Source: Octopus sinensis (taxonomy: Eukaryota). From it: a DNA stretch of 64,000 bases. The stretch spans positions 6,200,001-6,264,000 of the forward strand of contig NC_043001.1 in assembly GCF_006345805.1 (NCBI RefSeq), in the 5' to 3' direction. A program made the position numbers and the translations under genes. Under the pieces are notes generated by a model that had not been told where the DNA came from, did not search any database, and was given only the letters and a program-made list of their open reading frames with translations. Below, piece after piece: positions 53,211 to 64,000 of the stretch. Position 1 is the stretch's first letter; the number at the start of each line of letters is the position of its first letter.

Positions 53211-54484
53211 GTATGTGTGTATGTGAGTGTGTGTGTGTGTGTGTGTGTGCAAAAAATGTCAAGGTAGAAAATACTAAAATAAATTTATAAAAAACATTTC
53301 AATACCGATTGAGACTTTTTGTGAAAAATTAAAATTAAATGAAATTTTTTTTAAAAGAATATTTGTATAGTATTCAAGTACTCGGGGCATTTTCCTTGTT
53401 TCTGCTTGTCTCTGTCTCTCTTGTTTACTCTTGTGCGTTCGAGGTATTTGTGGATTCTTGGCAAAGAAGAAGAAGAAGAAGAAAAAGAAGAAGAAGAATG
53501 TGGGAGTTCTATGATAGTAGTAGGATGTTAAATGAAAGTGGCTTGTTGTGAATGGTATTTGGAATTGAATTCTTGCGCACAACTACAGCAGGTTAAGATG
53601 AGGGCACATGTTAGAGTAGGTGGTGTTATTTTAGCCTAGGATAACCTCGAATGAAGATGATAACGATCAACACCAGTCCTTCTTTGACCAAACTGTCTTT
53701 TCGTCTCTCTCTCTCTCTCTGTCTTCATTCATAATTGGACCTATCCTTTTCCTTATACACACGTATTTGCTTTAGTAAAATTTGGTTGTTCTTTCTAGGA
53801 AGGCATAACGACGGCATACTGGCTCCCATCTCAATCCGACTCTATAATATACGCAATAGACAAGTATATAGACTTATTTTCTCCTTGTCATATATTTTAA
53901 CTAACTTCAGTGGAAGTCATTTGCTGACATATATAGCTGATAACCTTTTAACACGAGAAACCATCAAATGTTATTTTATTTTGTACTGAAGCATCTCAAC
54001 TTTTATCTGTCGGCAAAATATAAATCAATGGCGAAGACAAGTCTAGTTTTGATTTTATACATCAGCTTGCATGAAATCTAAGAATACCACCATTTTTTTT
54101 TATAAATATTAATTGATGGCTAACATATTCTCACTGTATTTGTTAGTTTATTGAAAGATAGAGTGCATATGTAGGAAACCAACAGAAGCACACACACATA
54201 CACACATGTGCTGTATATGGAAATATTAACACTCGCTTCTTTTTCACTTTGTTGAAATTATCATATATCAGTAAGTTTTCAGTCATCTCACCTCTAAGTA
54301 GGATCTTATATCTTGGCATTAAATGTAGGACGAGTTGGAAATAAATAATTCTTAAGAGAATCAGATCTCAATGGAAACGAATCGGAATCCATCACAACAC
54401 TGATACTCCATTTAAGTGTAATGCTATTATTACTATTGTTGTTGTTGTTGTTGATATTGGTGTTGTTGTTGTTGTTGTTGTCGT

Positions 54485-54600
54485 TGTGGTGGTGGTGGTG
54501 GTGTGGTGGTGGTGGTGGTGGTGGTGGTGGTGTGGTGGTGGTGGTGGTGGTGGTGGTGGTGGTGGTGGTGGTGTTGGTGGGTGTTTGTGGTTGTTGTGGT
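54485..54600 (+). repeat. (GGT)n/(GTT)n microsatellite
   Basis: Seen directly; explains the poly-P/H/T/G ORFs in the track. Confidence 0.95.
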
Positions 54601-54760
54601 GTTTGTCGTTGTTGTGTTTGTCTTTTGCTTTACATTTGTACAAGTTGGCTCCAAGTCTCACCCATAATTCTCAAGAAACAAGTTGGAAGTTCGTGTTGGT
54701 GTTACGCCTACGGTGACATATATTTGGTTTTGTACGTAGTGTTGTATTAGTGAGTGTATG

Positions 54761-54793
<33 letters not shown>

Positions 54794-55347
54794 GAGTGAG
54801 AGAGCAGTTCATGCCATCAAAGTGACAATGGGGTAAAATATACGAAGCCCAATATACCCATCATGACTACCCGTCTGATAAGGGTACACCAGGCACATGC
54901 ATCACAACCATATGTGCGCGACATGGTGATCTCATATCAAGATAAACAGCACAGGACCTTGCAGGTGGGGCCTAGTTAGAATTTTCTTCAGGTTGAGTAG
55001 CCCATCCCGCTCAAAGGTCCCTGAATAAGGGTTGTTTAAGGATGTTGAAAGAACCACCCATGTTTCCAGAGGTGAATTATTCAAACCCCAAAGAATCCCT
55101 CACAACACATGGCTATGATACTCCCCCACTACTTCTGCTCGTGATCAGAGATGCACATATCGTCAGCCACTAAGGGACATGGTCAACTGGTTAAGGTCAA
55201 ACAACTGACAAGCAAATCTGTGGTATTGAGCAGAATATTTGCTGTAGCCCATCTTTTATACCAAGACAAAACAATGTACATGATAACACTTCCAATCAGT
55301 TAAGATCAGAAGCCATGAGAGCCACTGCCTGGTACTGCATCAGGGCA
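54794..55347 (-). mobile_element. 554-bp non-coding repeat unit, copy 1, between (TTA)n tracts
   Basis: GAGTGAGAGAGCAG...CTGCATCAGGGCA; three copies in the window; strand assigned only from the (AAT)n tail orientation. Confidence 0.8.
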
Positions 55348-55397
55348 TTTTTATTATTATATTATATTATTATTATTATTTTATTATTATTATTATT

Positions 55398-55952
55398 GAG
55401 TGAGAGAGCAGTTCATGCCATCAAAGTGACAATGGGGTAAAATATACGAAGCCCAATATACCCATCATGACTACCCGTCTGATAAGGGTACACCAGGCAC
55501 ATGCATCACAACCATATGTGCGCGACATGGTGATCTCATATCAAGATAAACAGCACAGGACCTTGCAGGTGGGGCCTAGTTAGAATTTTCTTCAGGTTGA
55601 GTAGCCCATCCCGCTCAAAAGGTCCCTGAATAAGGGTTGTTTAAGGATGTTGAAAGAACCACCCATGTTTCCAGAGGTGAATTATTCAAACCCCAAAGAA
55701 TCCCTCACAACACATGGCTATGATACTCCCCCACTACTTCTGCTCGTGATCAGAGATGCACATATCGTCAGCCACTAAGGGACATGGTCAACTGGTTAAG
55801 GTCAAACAACTGACAAGCAAATCTGTGGTATTGAGCAGAATATTTGCTGTAGCCCATCTTTTATACCAAGACAAAACAATGTACATGATAACACTTCCAA
55901 TCAGTTAAGATCAGAAGCCATGAGAGCCACTGCCTGGTACTGCATCAGGGCA
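55398..55952 (-). mobile_element. 554-bp unit, copy 2 (tandem, virtually identical to copy 1)
   Basis: Differs from copy 1 by only one A indel that I can find (GCTCAAA vs GCTCAAAA). Confidence 0.8.
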
Positions 55953-56015
<63 letters not shown>

Positions 56016-56314
56016 TATTAACCCTCCGCCTTAACAAAGGTGGAGGTATTGTTTTCAGGTGCGTTTGTTTTCTTTTGAGCGTGGACAAGATATCTCAAGA
56101 ACAACTGGATGGATTAGGATGAAATACTTGTTGTTTCACTTTGTTGAAATTGTCATATACTAATAAGCTTTCAGTCATGTCGCCGCTAAGAAGGATCTTA
56201 TATCTTGGCATTAAATGTAGAACATGTTTGAAATAGATAATTCCATTCAAAATATATACAGAACAGCGTTCTTAAAGATTAATACGTGCCTAAAGAACGC
56301 TATTTAAGCCTTCA

Positions 56315-56710
56315 TCTTTATATATAAAAGTGAGGTTGTGTGCTGTCTGTCTCCTACGATTTAGATTCCTAACTACTCCCTCATTTTGCGGTGCAGTTTA
56401 ACCAAAGCCGGGTATCTTATAGTCGTGATTCATATCGAGCCCTTCTGGGTATTAGCGCGCGTCTACAATGAGTCTACGATTAAAAAAAAAATTACCATAA
56501 TTGTTTCCCATTTTAATACATTTTTGGCATATATAAGGGAAGTAACTCTCTAAAAATTTATTATTAAAGCTCAGAACGTAAAAAGCTACAGTAACACCCC
56601 CCGCCTTTGTGGTTAGCCATATTGAGATGGCTATTATACTTTACATCTCTAAAAATGCTTATATAGTTATTTCCCTTACAAACCCGAGCAACGCCGGGCG
56701 ATACTGCTAG
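56315..56710 (+). mobile_element. Non-autonomous Helitron (396 bp)
   Basis: 5' TC (A|TCTTTATATATAAAAG), 3' hairpin CCCGAGCAACGCCGGG (56683-56698) and CTAG end at 56710, inserted between A and T. Confidence 0.85.
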
Positions 56711-57121
56711 TGGAATTTAATTTGCTTTCCGTCGTTATTGCGCCGTTATTCCGGTGCACAGAGTAAACCATTCGGTTGCATTACGCAGCTTGAGATGTAA
56801 ATTCAGATGATCGAGTGAGAATGTTTCTCCTCCACTAATTTGCTGCGATCCAGTTTTATATTACCCAATAGCTACACCTACAAATGTTGAAACATCTCTG
56901 AAAATATGAATGAAGAACAAGTAGTATAAAAATGGAATGCGTCAACGTGGTAGAATGTTCCTAAAAAAGAAATAACGTGGTTAAACAGATGATGGAATTT
57001 TTACATATTTTGGCATAAACATGACCGTAATTGTAATTAACGAATTGTTTTATGTTTACTCGAAAGATCTCATTACCGGAGATCATTAATTAAATTTTCA
57101 AAGTCTTGGGAGTGATATTGC

Positions 57122-57330
57122 GAGCGATGCGGTGGCAGAGTCGCTAGCAAAGCGGGCAAAATGCTTAGCGTCATTTTGTCAATTTTACTTTCACAGTTCA
57201 TATTCCTCCGAGGTCGACTTTATCTTTTATCCTTTCGAGGTCAAATGGATAAATTACTTTAGCACAGAGGTCGATGTTCTTGACATCATCCTTTCTCAAA
57301 ATTGCTAGTCTTGTACCATAATTTGAAAAC
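57122..57330 (+). mobile_element. tRNA-derived SINE (family B), decayed
   Basis: CCGAGGTCGACTTTATCTTTTATCCTTTCG core. Confidence 0.6.
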
Positions 57331-57708
57331 GATATTTCGATCATCCTTGTCTCTTATCTTACCGACCTTTACTCGGAAAGATTTGCGATGGTTAGGAAAC
57401 TCTCAAACAGTATCACAGACAACATTATAGTAATATGGTAAGTTACTATTGTGCCACCGTCTTCCAGTTACCCAAGCCAATACATCCCTTATTTGTTCAT
57501 TATCTTATTTGTTACCTTAACTCAGCGTCAGCTCTGACATATTTCCCATTACATCTAATGGAAGACACAAATCCTGCATAGATTATTTACATTTGATGGA
57601 TATTTGTCCTCATCTTGTTTTTTGTTAACAGAACTTGTCGGCTGATGTACCCTACAGCCTTCATCAAATTTCCTGGTGTATTTCGAAACTGGATCCTCTG
57701 ATCTCCTT

Positions 57709-57819
<111 letters not shown>

Positions 57820-58371
57820 GAGTGAGAGAGCAGTGCATGCCATCAAAGTGACAATGGGGTAAAATATACGAAGCCCAATATACCCATCATGACTACCCGT
57901 CTGATAAGGGTACACCAGGCACATGCATCACAACCATATGTGCGCGACATGGTGATCTCATAGCAAGATAAACAGCACATGACCTTGCGGGTGGGGCCCA
58001 GTTAGAATTTTCTTCAGGTCGAGTAACCCATCCCACTCGAAAGGTCCCTGAATAAGGGTTGTTTAAGGATGTTGAACGAAACACCCATGTTTCCAGAGGT
58101 GAATTATTCAAACCCCAAAGAATCCCTCTCAACACATGGCTATGATGCTCCCCACTACTTCTGCTCGTGATCAGAGATGCACATATCGTCAACCACTAAG
58201 GGACATGCTCAACTGGTTATGGTCAAACAACTGACAAGCAAATCTGTGGTATTGAGCAGAATATTTGCTGTAGCCCATCTTTTATACCAAGACAAAACAA
58301 TGTACATGATAACACTTCCAATCAGTTAAGATCAGAAGCCATGAAAGACACTGCCTGGTACTGCATCAGGG

Positions 58372-58373
<2 letters not shown>
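57820..58373 (-). mobile_element. 554-bp unit, copy 3 (about 97% identical to copies 1 and 2)
   Basis: Same termini; flanked by (TTA)n on both sides. Confidence 0.8.
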
Positions 58374-58444
<71 letters not shown>

Positions 58445-58635
58445 GCACCGTAAAATACCCCAGGAACGGGAACCCATGTTCGAAATTATCCCCAGGACAC
58501 CTGAAGAAAGCTGGTGTGGTATCACAGCCGAAACTCTGTGTGAAGAACAAATAAGATGAGGACAAATATTCGTCAAATGTGAATAATGTAAATAGCGTAC
58601 ATAATTCATCATCTCTCAAATATAGAACTCTATAA
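58445..58635 (+). mobile_element. HHR-containing tail of the 49.5-kb family
   Basis: GACAC-CUGAAGA-AAGCUG...CAGCC-GAAA-CUCU-GUGU; a further decayed minus-strand copy lies at about 57590-57700. Confidence 0.6.
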
Positions 58636-58782
58636 ATCTTGTAGGTATTGTATTTAGTCATTCCACATATGGAAATGCATTAGCCTCTACGGCATTCGTA
58701 TTTTTAGCTTGGCCTTTTCATGTTTCGTGTGACGAAAAATATTGGCAGCCTGGAAATTTTAGATTCATAACCACAGAATATA

Positions 58783-58945
58783 GGCGCAGGAGTGGCTGTG
58801 TGGTAAGTAGCTTGCTAACAAACTACATGGTTGCGAGTTCAGTCCCACTGCGTGGCATCTTGGGCAAGTGCCTTCTGCTATAGCCCCGGGCCGACCAATG
58901 CCTTGTGAGTTGATTTAGTAGAGGGAAACTGAAAGAAGTCTGTCG

Positions 58946-59011
<66 letters not shown>

Positions 59012-59220
59012 TGTGTCTGTGTTTATCCCCCTAGCATTGCTTGACAACCGATGCTGGTGTGTTTACGTTCCCGTCACTTAGCGGTTCGGCAAAAGAGACC
59101 GATAGAATAAGTACTGGGCTTAGAAAGAATAAGTCCAGGGGTCGATTTGCTCGACTAAAGGCGGTGCTCCAGCATGGCCGCAGTCAAATGACTGAAACAA
59201 GTAAAAGAGTAGAAGAGTAC
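58783..59220 (+). mobile_element. tRNA-derived SINE (family C) with internal (TA)n(TG)n
   Basis: GGCGCAGGAGTGGCTGTGTGGTAAG head, GAGTTCAGTCCC B-box-like motif, TTGGGCAAGTG..TTCT.CTATAGCC core; partial minus-strand copy at 52685-52830. Confidence 0.75.
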
Positions 59221-59522
59221 AGTTGTTTTATTACAGAGATATGACCTGCAAAATGTAGGAAACAGATCGAGCATGAAATGAGCGATCGTTGACTAATTTT
59301 TCTAATTATTCATATAGAACTTAGCTAGACACGGTCAGCGAGTATTCCTTGTAGCTTTTCGCATGCTTACGCGAATTGTTATATGTACGTTGTCGAAAGC
59401 AAAGAAAAGAATTAAAAAGTCTAAAAACTCTTACACTTGATCCGGAAGATCATTGACGATGTGGAAGCCGGCGGCGAGGAAGCTTTTCCCATTATATGAC
59501 AGGTATGTATTATAGTTATGTT

Positions 59523-59744
59523 CATGAAGTACCTTCCTCTAGGAATCGAACCAAATTCCTTATGTTGCTGAACATTTTAACCATAAGCACTAGGACATGA
59601 AGTACCTTCCTCTAGGAATCGAACCAAAGTCCTTATGTTGCTGAACATTTTAACCATAAGCACTAGGACATGAAGTACATTCCTCTAGGAATCGAACCAA
59701 AGTCCTTATGTTGCTGAACATTTTAACTATAAGCACTAGGACAT
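59523..59744 (-). repeat. 73-bp tandem repeat, three copies, each with a perfect Pol III B box
   Basis: Units start at 59523, 59596 and 59669; minus strand TAGTGCTTATGGTTAA (A-box-like) and GGTTCGATTCC (B box). Confidence 0.9.
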
Positions 59745-61128
59745 AATCTTTTATATATATACAGCACCATGCCTGGCGTCAGCGCCATGGTTTGACCTGC
59801 TAAAAATAGCAGTATGTCATAATACTTTCAACTTGTATTTAATGCTTTCCTATGAAGTCACATTCAATTGATTATATATATTTCGGTGGATTTATAACTT
59901 TTTCTCGTGTTAAAGTGTAGTAACTATGATGCTGACGGTGAATATCCGGATGCGCTCTTCTTATTTTCTGCTTATCTGCTTCTACAGTTACACTGCTTCT
60001 ATCTCGATGTTAGTGGATTTACTTTGATGTTTGTTTTCTTTCTTCATCACATCAAAGGTTTCCACAGATAATTTGTCGTTGTTTTCGTTATCTGTTTCAG
60101 GTTCTTCAGTCAGAGCTTTACAAGTTTACGATTTAATGATTAAATATTGTCACTGCGTTTGTTGTCTAAATATTTACCGTGATAACGTCAGTTTCGAAAA
60201 TATCACTTTCGCTTTCGACTACGCTGATCGTTGTAAACTTAGAATAGAACTGTGTCTTTCATTTCGTCTGCAAGTCGATATCAAGCTTGTTTCTTACGTT
60301 TCTCTGATCACAGTATTTGAAGTTGATAATTAGATCAATGTTTAGTGTGATATCGTACTTGTTATAATGTAATCTCGTTGAATGTTGCACAGTTTCATAC
60401 TTTATTCTTGTACAGTTCAGTAATTTTATTTCTTATTGAACAACGATTATTTACTACACTTTTTTGACAGGTAACTCTTAATTTACTCTTTCACAAGTCT
60501 CATACCTACCTTGTTTTTGGTATTTCCCTCAACCGTGTTCGTTTCCCACTCTATCTTTGAAATTTCCTCTCCCGCCGCGAATGCGTAGTTAGGTTTACTA
60601 TCTTTGATAGCATCAATTAAGTATTTCACCAAAATACATGACTTTGAAGTGTCATATAATAATCTTTACACTTCGAATAATAGGTCAATAATTTTCTTCG
60701 TTATATATTAGAGGACCGTTTGGAGAATGCACTGGGGTGTGACTGTACTTTCTAATTGACTAATTTTGATGTTCACCACATCCACTCAGAATATAACACT
60801 CATTATGTTTTCTTCATTCGACTTCAAATATTATGATTAAGGCTGCTTAATGCACATTTCTAGAATATTCTAATGAATAATTAAGAAGCAGGTAAATTGA
60901 TACACACACACACGCACACATATGTATATATAGAGATAGAAAGTGATACACATATGTACATCGGCACGTAGATAGAGAGATATATAGTATATAATTGAAC
61001 ATCAATTGTAATCAATGTATATACAAATATGAATACACACACACATCTTCCTATTTATCTTTCTATTTATCTCTTCCCCTCCCTCCATCCCTCCTCTGTC
61101 TCTATCTATCTATCTATCTATCTGTCTG

Positions 61129-61193
<65 letters not shown>

Positions 61194-61202
61194 ATATATA
61201 TA

Positions 61203-61385
61203 TGGCTGGAATGGTCGATTTTGTCGGTGGCCCTCCCGTTTGATAGAGGCAGAAGGATATGTAATCTTTGTAACTCTGAGCTTTTCCACATATTGTTCGC
61301 CAGAGGCCGTTTGGTAAACGGGCTCTTACAGACTGCTTTTCGATGTCCCCATTGGCGGCGTCATACGTTTCTTACATTTAAATGA
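61203..61385 (+). pseudogene. Penelope-like element ORF C-terminus (post-GIY-YIG cysteine/histidine motif)
   Basis: WSILSVALPFDRGRRICNLCNSELFHILFARGRLVNGLLQTAFRCPHWRRHTFLTFK*, resembling the PLE C-terminal W.IL...Y....CxLC..E..HIL...N......C.H pattern (from recall, not aligned). Confidence 0.6.
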
Positions 61386-62007
61386 TACCTAAGACAATTA
61401 ACACCTTGATACCCTATTAAAATGAAAATAATTTTTGGAAAAAATTTTAAAAAAATCTCTGAATAACTCTTGCAAGGGGAAATTACTCCCCTTAGGCGAT
61501 TGGTCGGTTTTTTAGAAGCAAGCGCTGGAATTATATACCCTCCTGATTCTTTGACGAGGATAATTTTAGACAAGCAGGCTACAGACGGACACACGAACAC
61601 AGAATTATTTCAGCCGCCTGACAGGCTTTTTTCAGCAGTGCTCATTATCTAGCGCCCCTCGCCAACATACGGCGGCGCACACATAGGCTAGTATACACAC
61701 ACATGCTTTTCGGTAGGTATTGTCTCGCACCTAAAAAATACACCCTGAATTCTTAAAATATTCAGAACATTAACTTTGGTCACACAGAACATCTCCACAC
61801 CCCTTGTTCTCAATAATTCCTCACCTACTAGATTTGACCGCGGCCTGACCTGGATTTATTCCAACGGACCTTTTGTCGGCCCCCACCAACTCCCCGATTT
61901 CAACGTACATTGATAAACATTTTACCCATGGGCTCTTAAGGAGCGTCCTCGTTCGAATTGCTTTGCTGCGCCTTTGTTTTGTTTGGTTCTGACAACGTAA
62001 TTCCTGG

Positions 62008-62092
62008 TTTTTCCTGAAGAGAAAGCTGCAATATGGTATCCTTATTTAATCAGAATTTGGAAAATTGTGGCCTTTGAAACATGTGTAGAATG
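62008..62092 (+). ncRNA. Type I hammerhead, older subfamily copy
   Basis: CUGAAGA 62014-62020; stem II AAAG/CUUU plus CUGCAAU/AUUGUGG; GAAA 62076-62079; stem III ACAUGUGU; GUA 62085-62087. Confidence 0.6.
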
Positions 62093-62144
62093 TAATAAAA
62101 GGAATTCTGTACGATCTTCGTTCAACTCCATTTCTTCCATTCAC

Positions 62145-62177
<33 letters not shown>

Positions 62178-62180
<3 letters not shown>

Positions 62181-62853
62181 GTGAAATAGAAAGATGAATA
62201 ATCTTGTAGTAGATTAATCAAAAGTTTAACCGATACCTTAGTAGCAAAAATCACAGCAGTAAACAGCACGGTTGGAGGTACAACCATCTGGCGTTGCAAC
62301 CGTGCGTTGGTGCGGATAATTGAAATTAAAACATTATTGGTGAATTGAAGCCACTGACAGCCGAACGATCAAACGCACACACGTACACAAAAATGTTTTC
62401 TACCCCTACGCCAACACACACATATATAGAGCAGTATACACACACACACGTCTCTAAGTAGATTTTTTCTCGCCCCTTATAAAACATCCAATATTCCTTA
62501 AATAGTCAGAACTTTATTCTCGGTCACAAAGAACATCTATACACCCTCACCCATATGATTCACCGATGCCTGACCCGTTGAATTCTTCAGCCACCGGTTC
62601 TCAACATACACTGATAAACAGTTTCGCCATGGGCTCTTAGGAGCACAGTTCGATTTGTTTTTTGCTCCGCCTCTGTTCTGTTTTTGTTTTTCCAACGGAT
62701 TTCCTTTTTTCTTCCTGAAGAGAAAGACACAATATGGTCCCATTATTCAATCGGATTTTGGTAATTTGTGCCTTTCGAAACACGTGTAGAATGAAATAAA
62801 ACGAATTCTGTTCAATCTGCGTTCAGCTCCATTTCTTCAATTCACCAATAATG

Positions 62854-62855
<2 letters not shown>
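62178..62855. mobile_element. PLE insertion: inverted terminal piece (62178-62350, minus) plus direct pLTR-like copy (62355-62855, plus)
   Basis: 62178-62350 is the reverse complement of about 16606-16775; 62625-62855 is about 93% identical to 16400-16625. Confidence 0.75.
62708..62796 (+). ncRNA. Type I hammerhead ribozyme with bulged stem I
   Basis: Stem I UUUC-UUC/GAA-U-GAAA, CUGAAGA 62715-62721, long stem II, GAAA 62777-62780, palindrome ACACGUGU, GUA; predicted cut after 62788. Confidence 0.75.
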
Positions 62856-62895
<40 letters not shown>

Positions 62896-62897
<2 letters not shown>

Positions 62898-62975
62898 AGG
62901 CACAATGGCCCAGTGGTTAGGGCAGCGGACTCGCGGTCGGAGGATCGTGGTTTCGATTCCCAGACGGGCGTTGTG
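62896..62975 (+). mobile_element. Truncated SINE family A head
   Basis: GGAGGCACAATGGCCCAGTGGTTAGGGCAGCGGACTCGCGGTCGGAGGATCGTGGTTTCGATTCCC. Confidence 0.8.
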
Positions 62976-64000
62976 TGTGTGTGTAGGAAAAACAGAACAT
63001 GGGTATTGAATTCTTATTCCGTTAATTTATTTTTCTTACATATCCATCAGTGTTCTGTAGCACATGACGTCACTCTTTACATCCAATCAGTAAATGCCAC
63101 CGCAGGGTTGGCATGAAATGCAAACACAACTGCAAGAAAGTACCGACGACAAACACAAGAATACGAAAGACAAACTAGCAACAACCACAATGAAATAACT
63201 AAAATGCTGTAATATTATTTGCATCTATCGCAAACGATAGAATCGAAGTTGGAGGCATTTTGTTGCCGAAACCTGCTAAATCTCACGATCATAGTTTTAG
63301 TTCCATAATAAAAGATTTTAAGAGAAGCGAATTATTTAACGAATTCGAAATTTTTCTTGTTCTCATAATAGAAAAGATACAGTGTGTATCTTTAGTTTGT
63401 AACATTAGTTTCGTAATATGCCTTCAACGAAATATTTCTATGCTATATTTTCTCACTATTTTCATATATATTTTAGGAAATTATTTTCTCTTTGATATGG
63501 CATTATAGAAGTTAACTTTTCAAACGATATCATTTTTCTTTTTCTATAATTAGCTCAATGTTTAATTAGATTTAATGAATTCGTTCTACACGGATTCACT
63601 CATTTCAGTGCATATATATGTGTGAGTGTGCGTGTGTGTGTATATATAAATAAATATATAAATATTCACATGTGTGTATCTGTGTGTGTGAGCGTCCGTT
63701 TGAGTGTTTCTGTGTGTATGTGCATCTCTCTCTCTCCCTCTTTCTCCGTCTCTCTCTCTCTCTCACTCTTTCTCACTCTCTCTAATGTTTTTTTGTGTGT
63801 TTTTTTTTATATTTTCAGTTTGATGATCTTTTTAGTAAACTACTTTTAATTTCCGCTAATAGATTTATATTTTCTTTTCATTTACCTTATGAAAACTTAT
63901 ACATCAGTAACATTCTATAGAAGAGTGATGTCTGGAAGGAACTGAAGGTTAATTCATGTCCGTGTTTCGGAACATTTCGTAGTATTTAATTATATTGGCA

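Noticed and set aside
59430-59503. Possible first exon or promoter ending at ACAG|GTATGT
   Set aside because: Only a donor-like motif and mild CpG enrichment; the open frame stops just before the donor.
59900-60350. Possible second mariner remnant on the minus strand
   Set aside because: No diagnostic catalytic or WVPHEL-type motif readable.

Overview
AT-rich, microsatellite-saturated metazoan genomic DNA. The repeat families resemble coleoid cephalopod (Octopus-like) repeats; this is inferred from repeat recognition and not verified. No intact multi-exon host gene or complete transposase/RT ORF is visible, and nearly all ORFs in the track are translations of (TA)n, (CA)n, (AAT)n or (GATA)n repeats or antisense reads of dead transposons. 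The window holds remnants of an L1/Tx1-like ORF1, CR1-type and RTE LINEs, an R4/Dong-like 3' end inside (AAT)n, mariner pieces, a non-autonomous Helitron and many tRNA-derived SINEs. The main signal is a set of Penelope-like element (PLE) terminal fragments carrying type I hammerhead ribozyme (HHR) folds that can be traced base by base: a complete one at 29572-29671 and others near 14.7-14.9, 16.2-16.6, 49.5, 58.5, 62.0 and 62.7 kb. Several sit in long near-perfect foldback palindromes (14612-14953, 14980-15953, 16164-16625, 19529-19961, 29822-30017) that end in (TA)n. Also notable are a tRNA-headed, HHR-tailed composite SINE (49.5-49.8 kb), a 554-bp TAA-embedded element in three copies, a 73-bp tRNA-like tandem array and a few isolated candidate micro-exons. 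All folding and identity estimates were made by eye.
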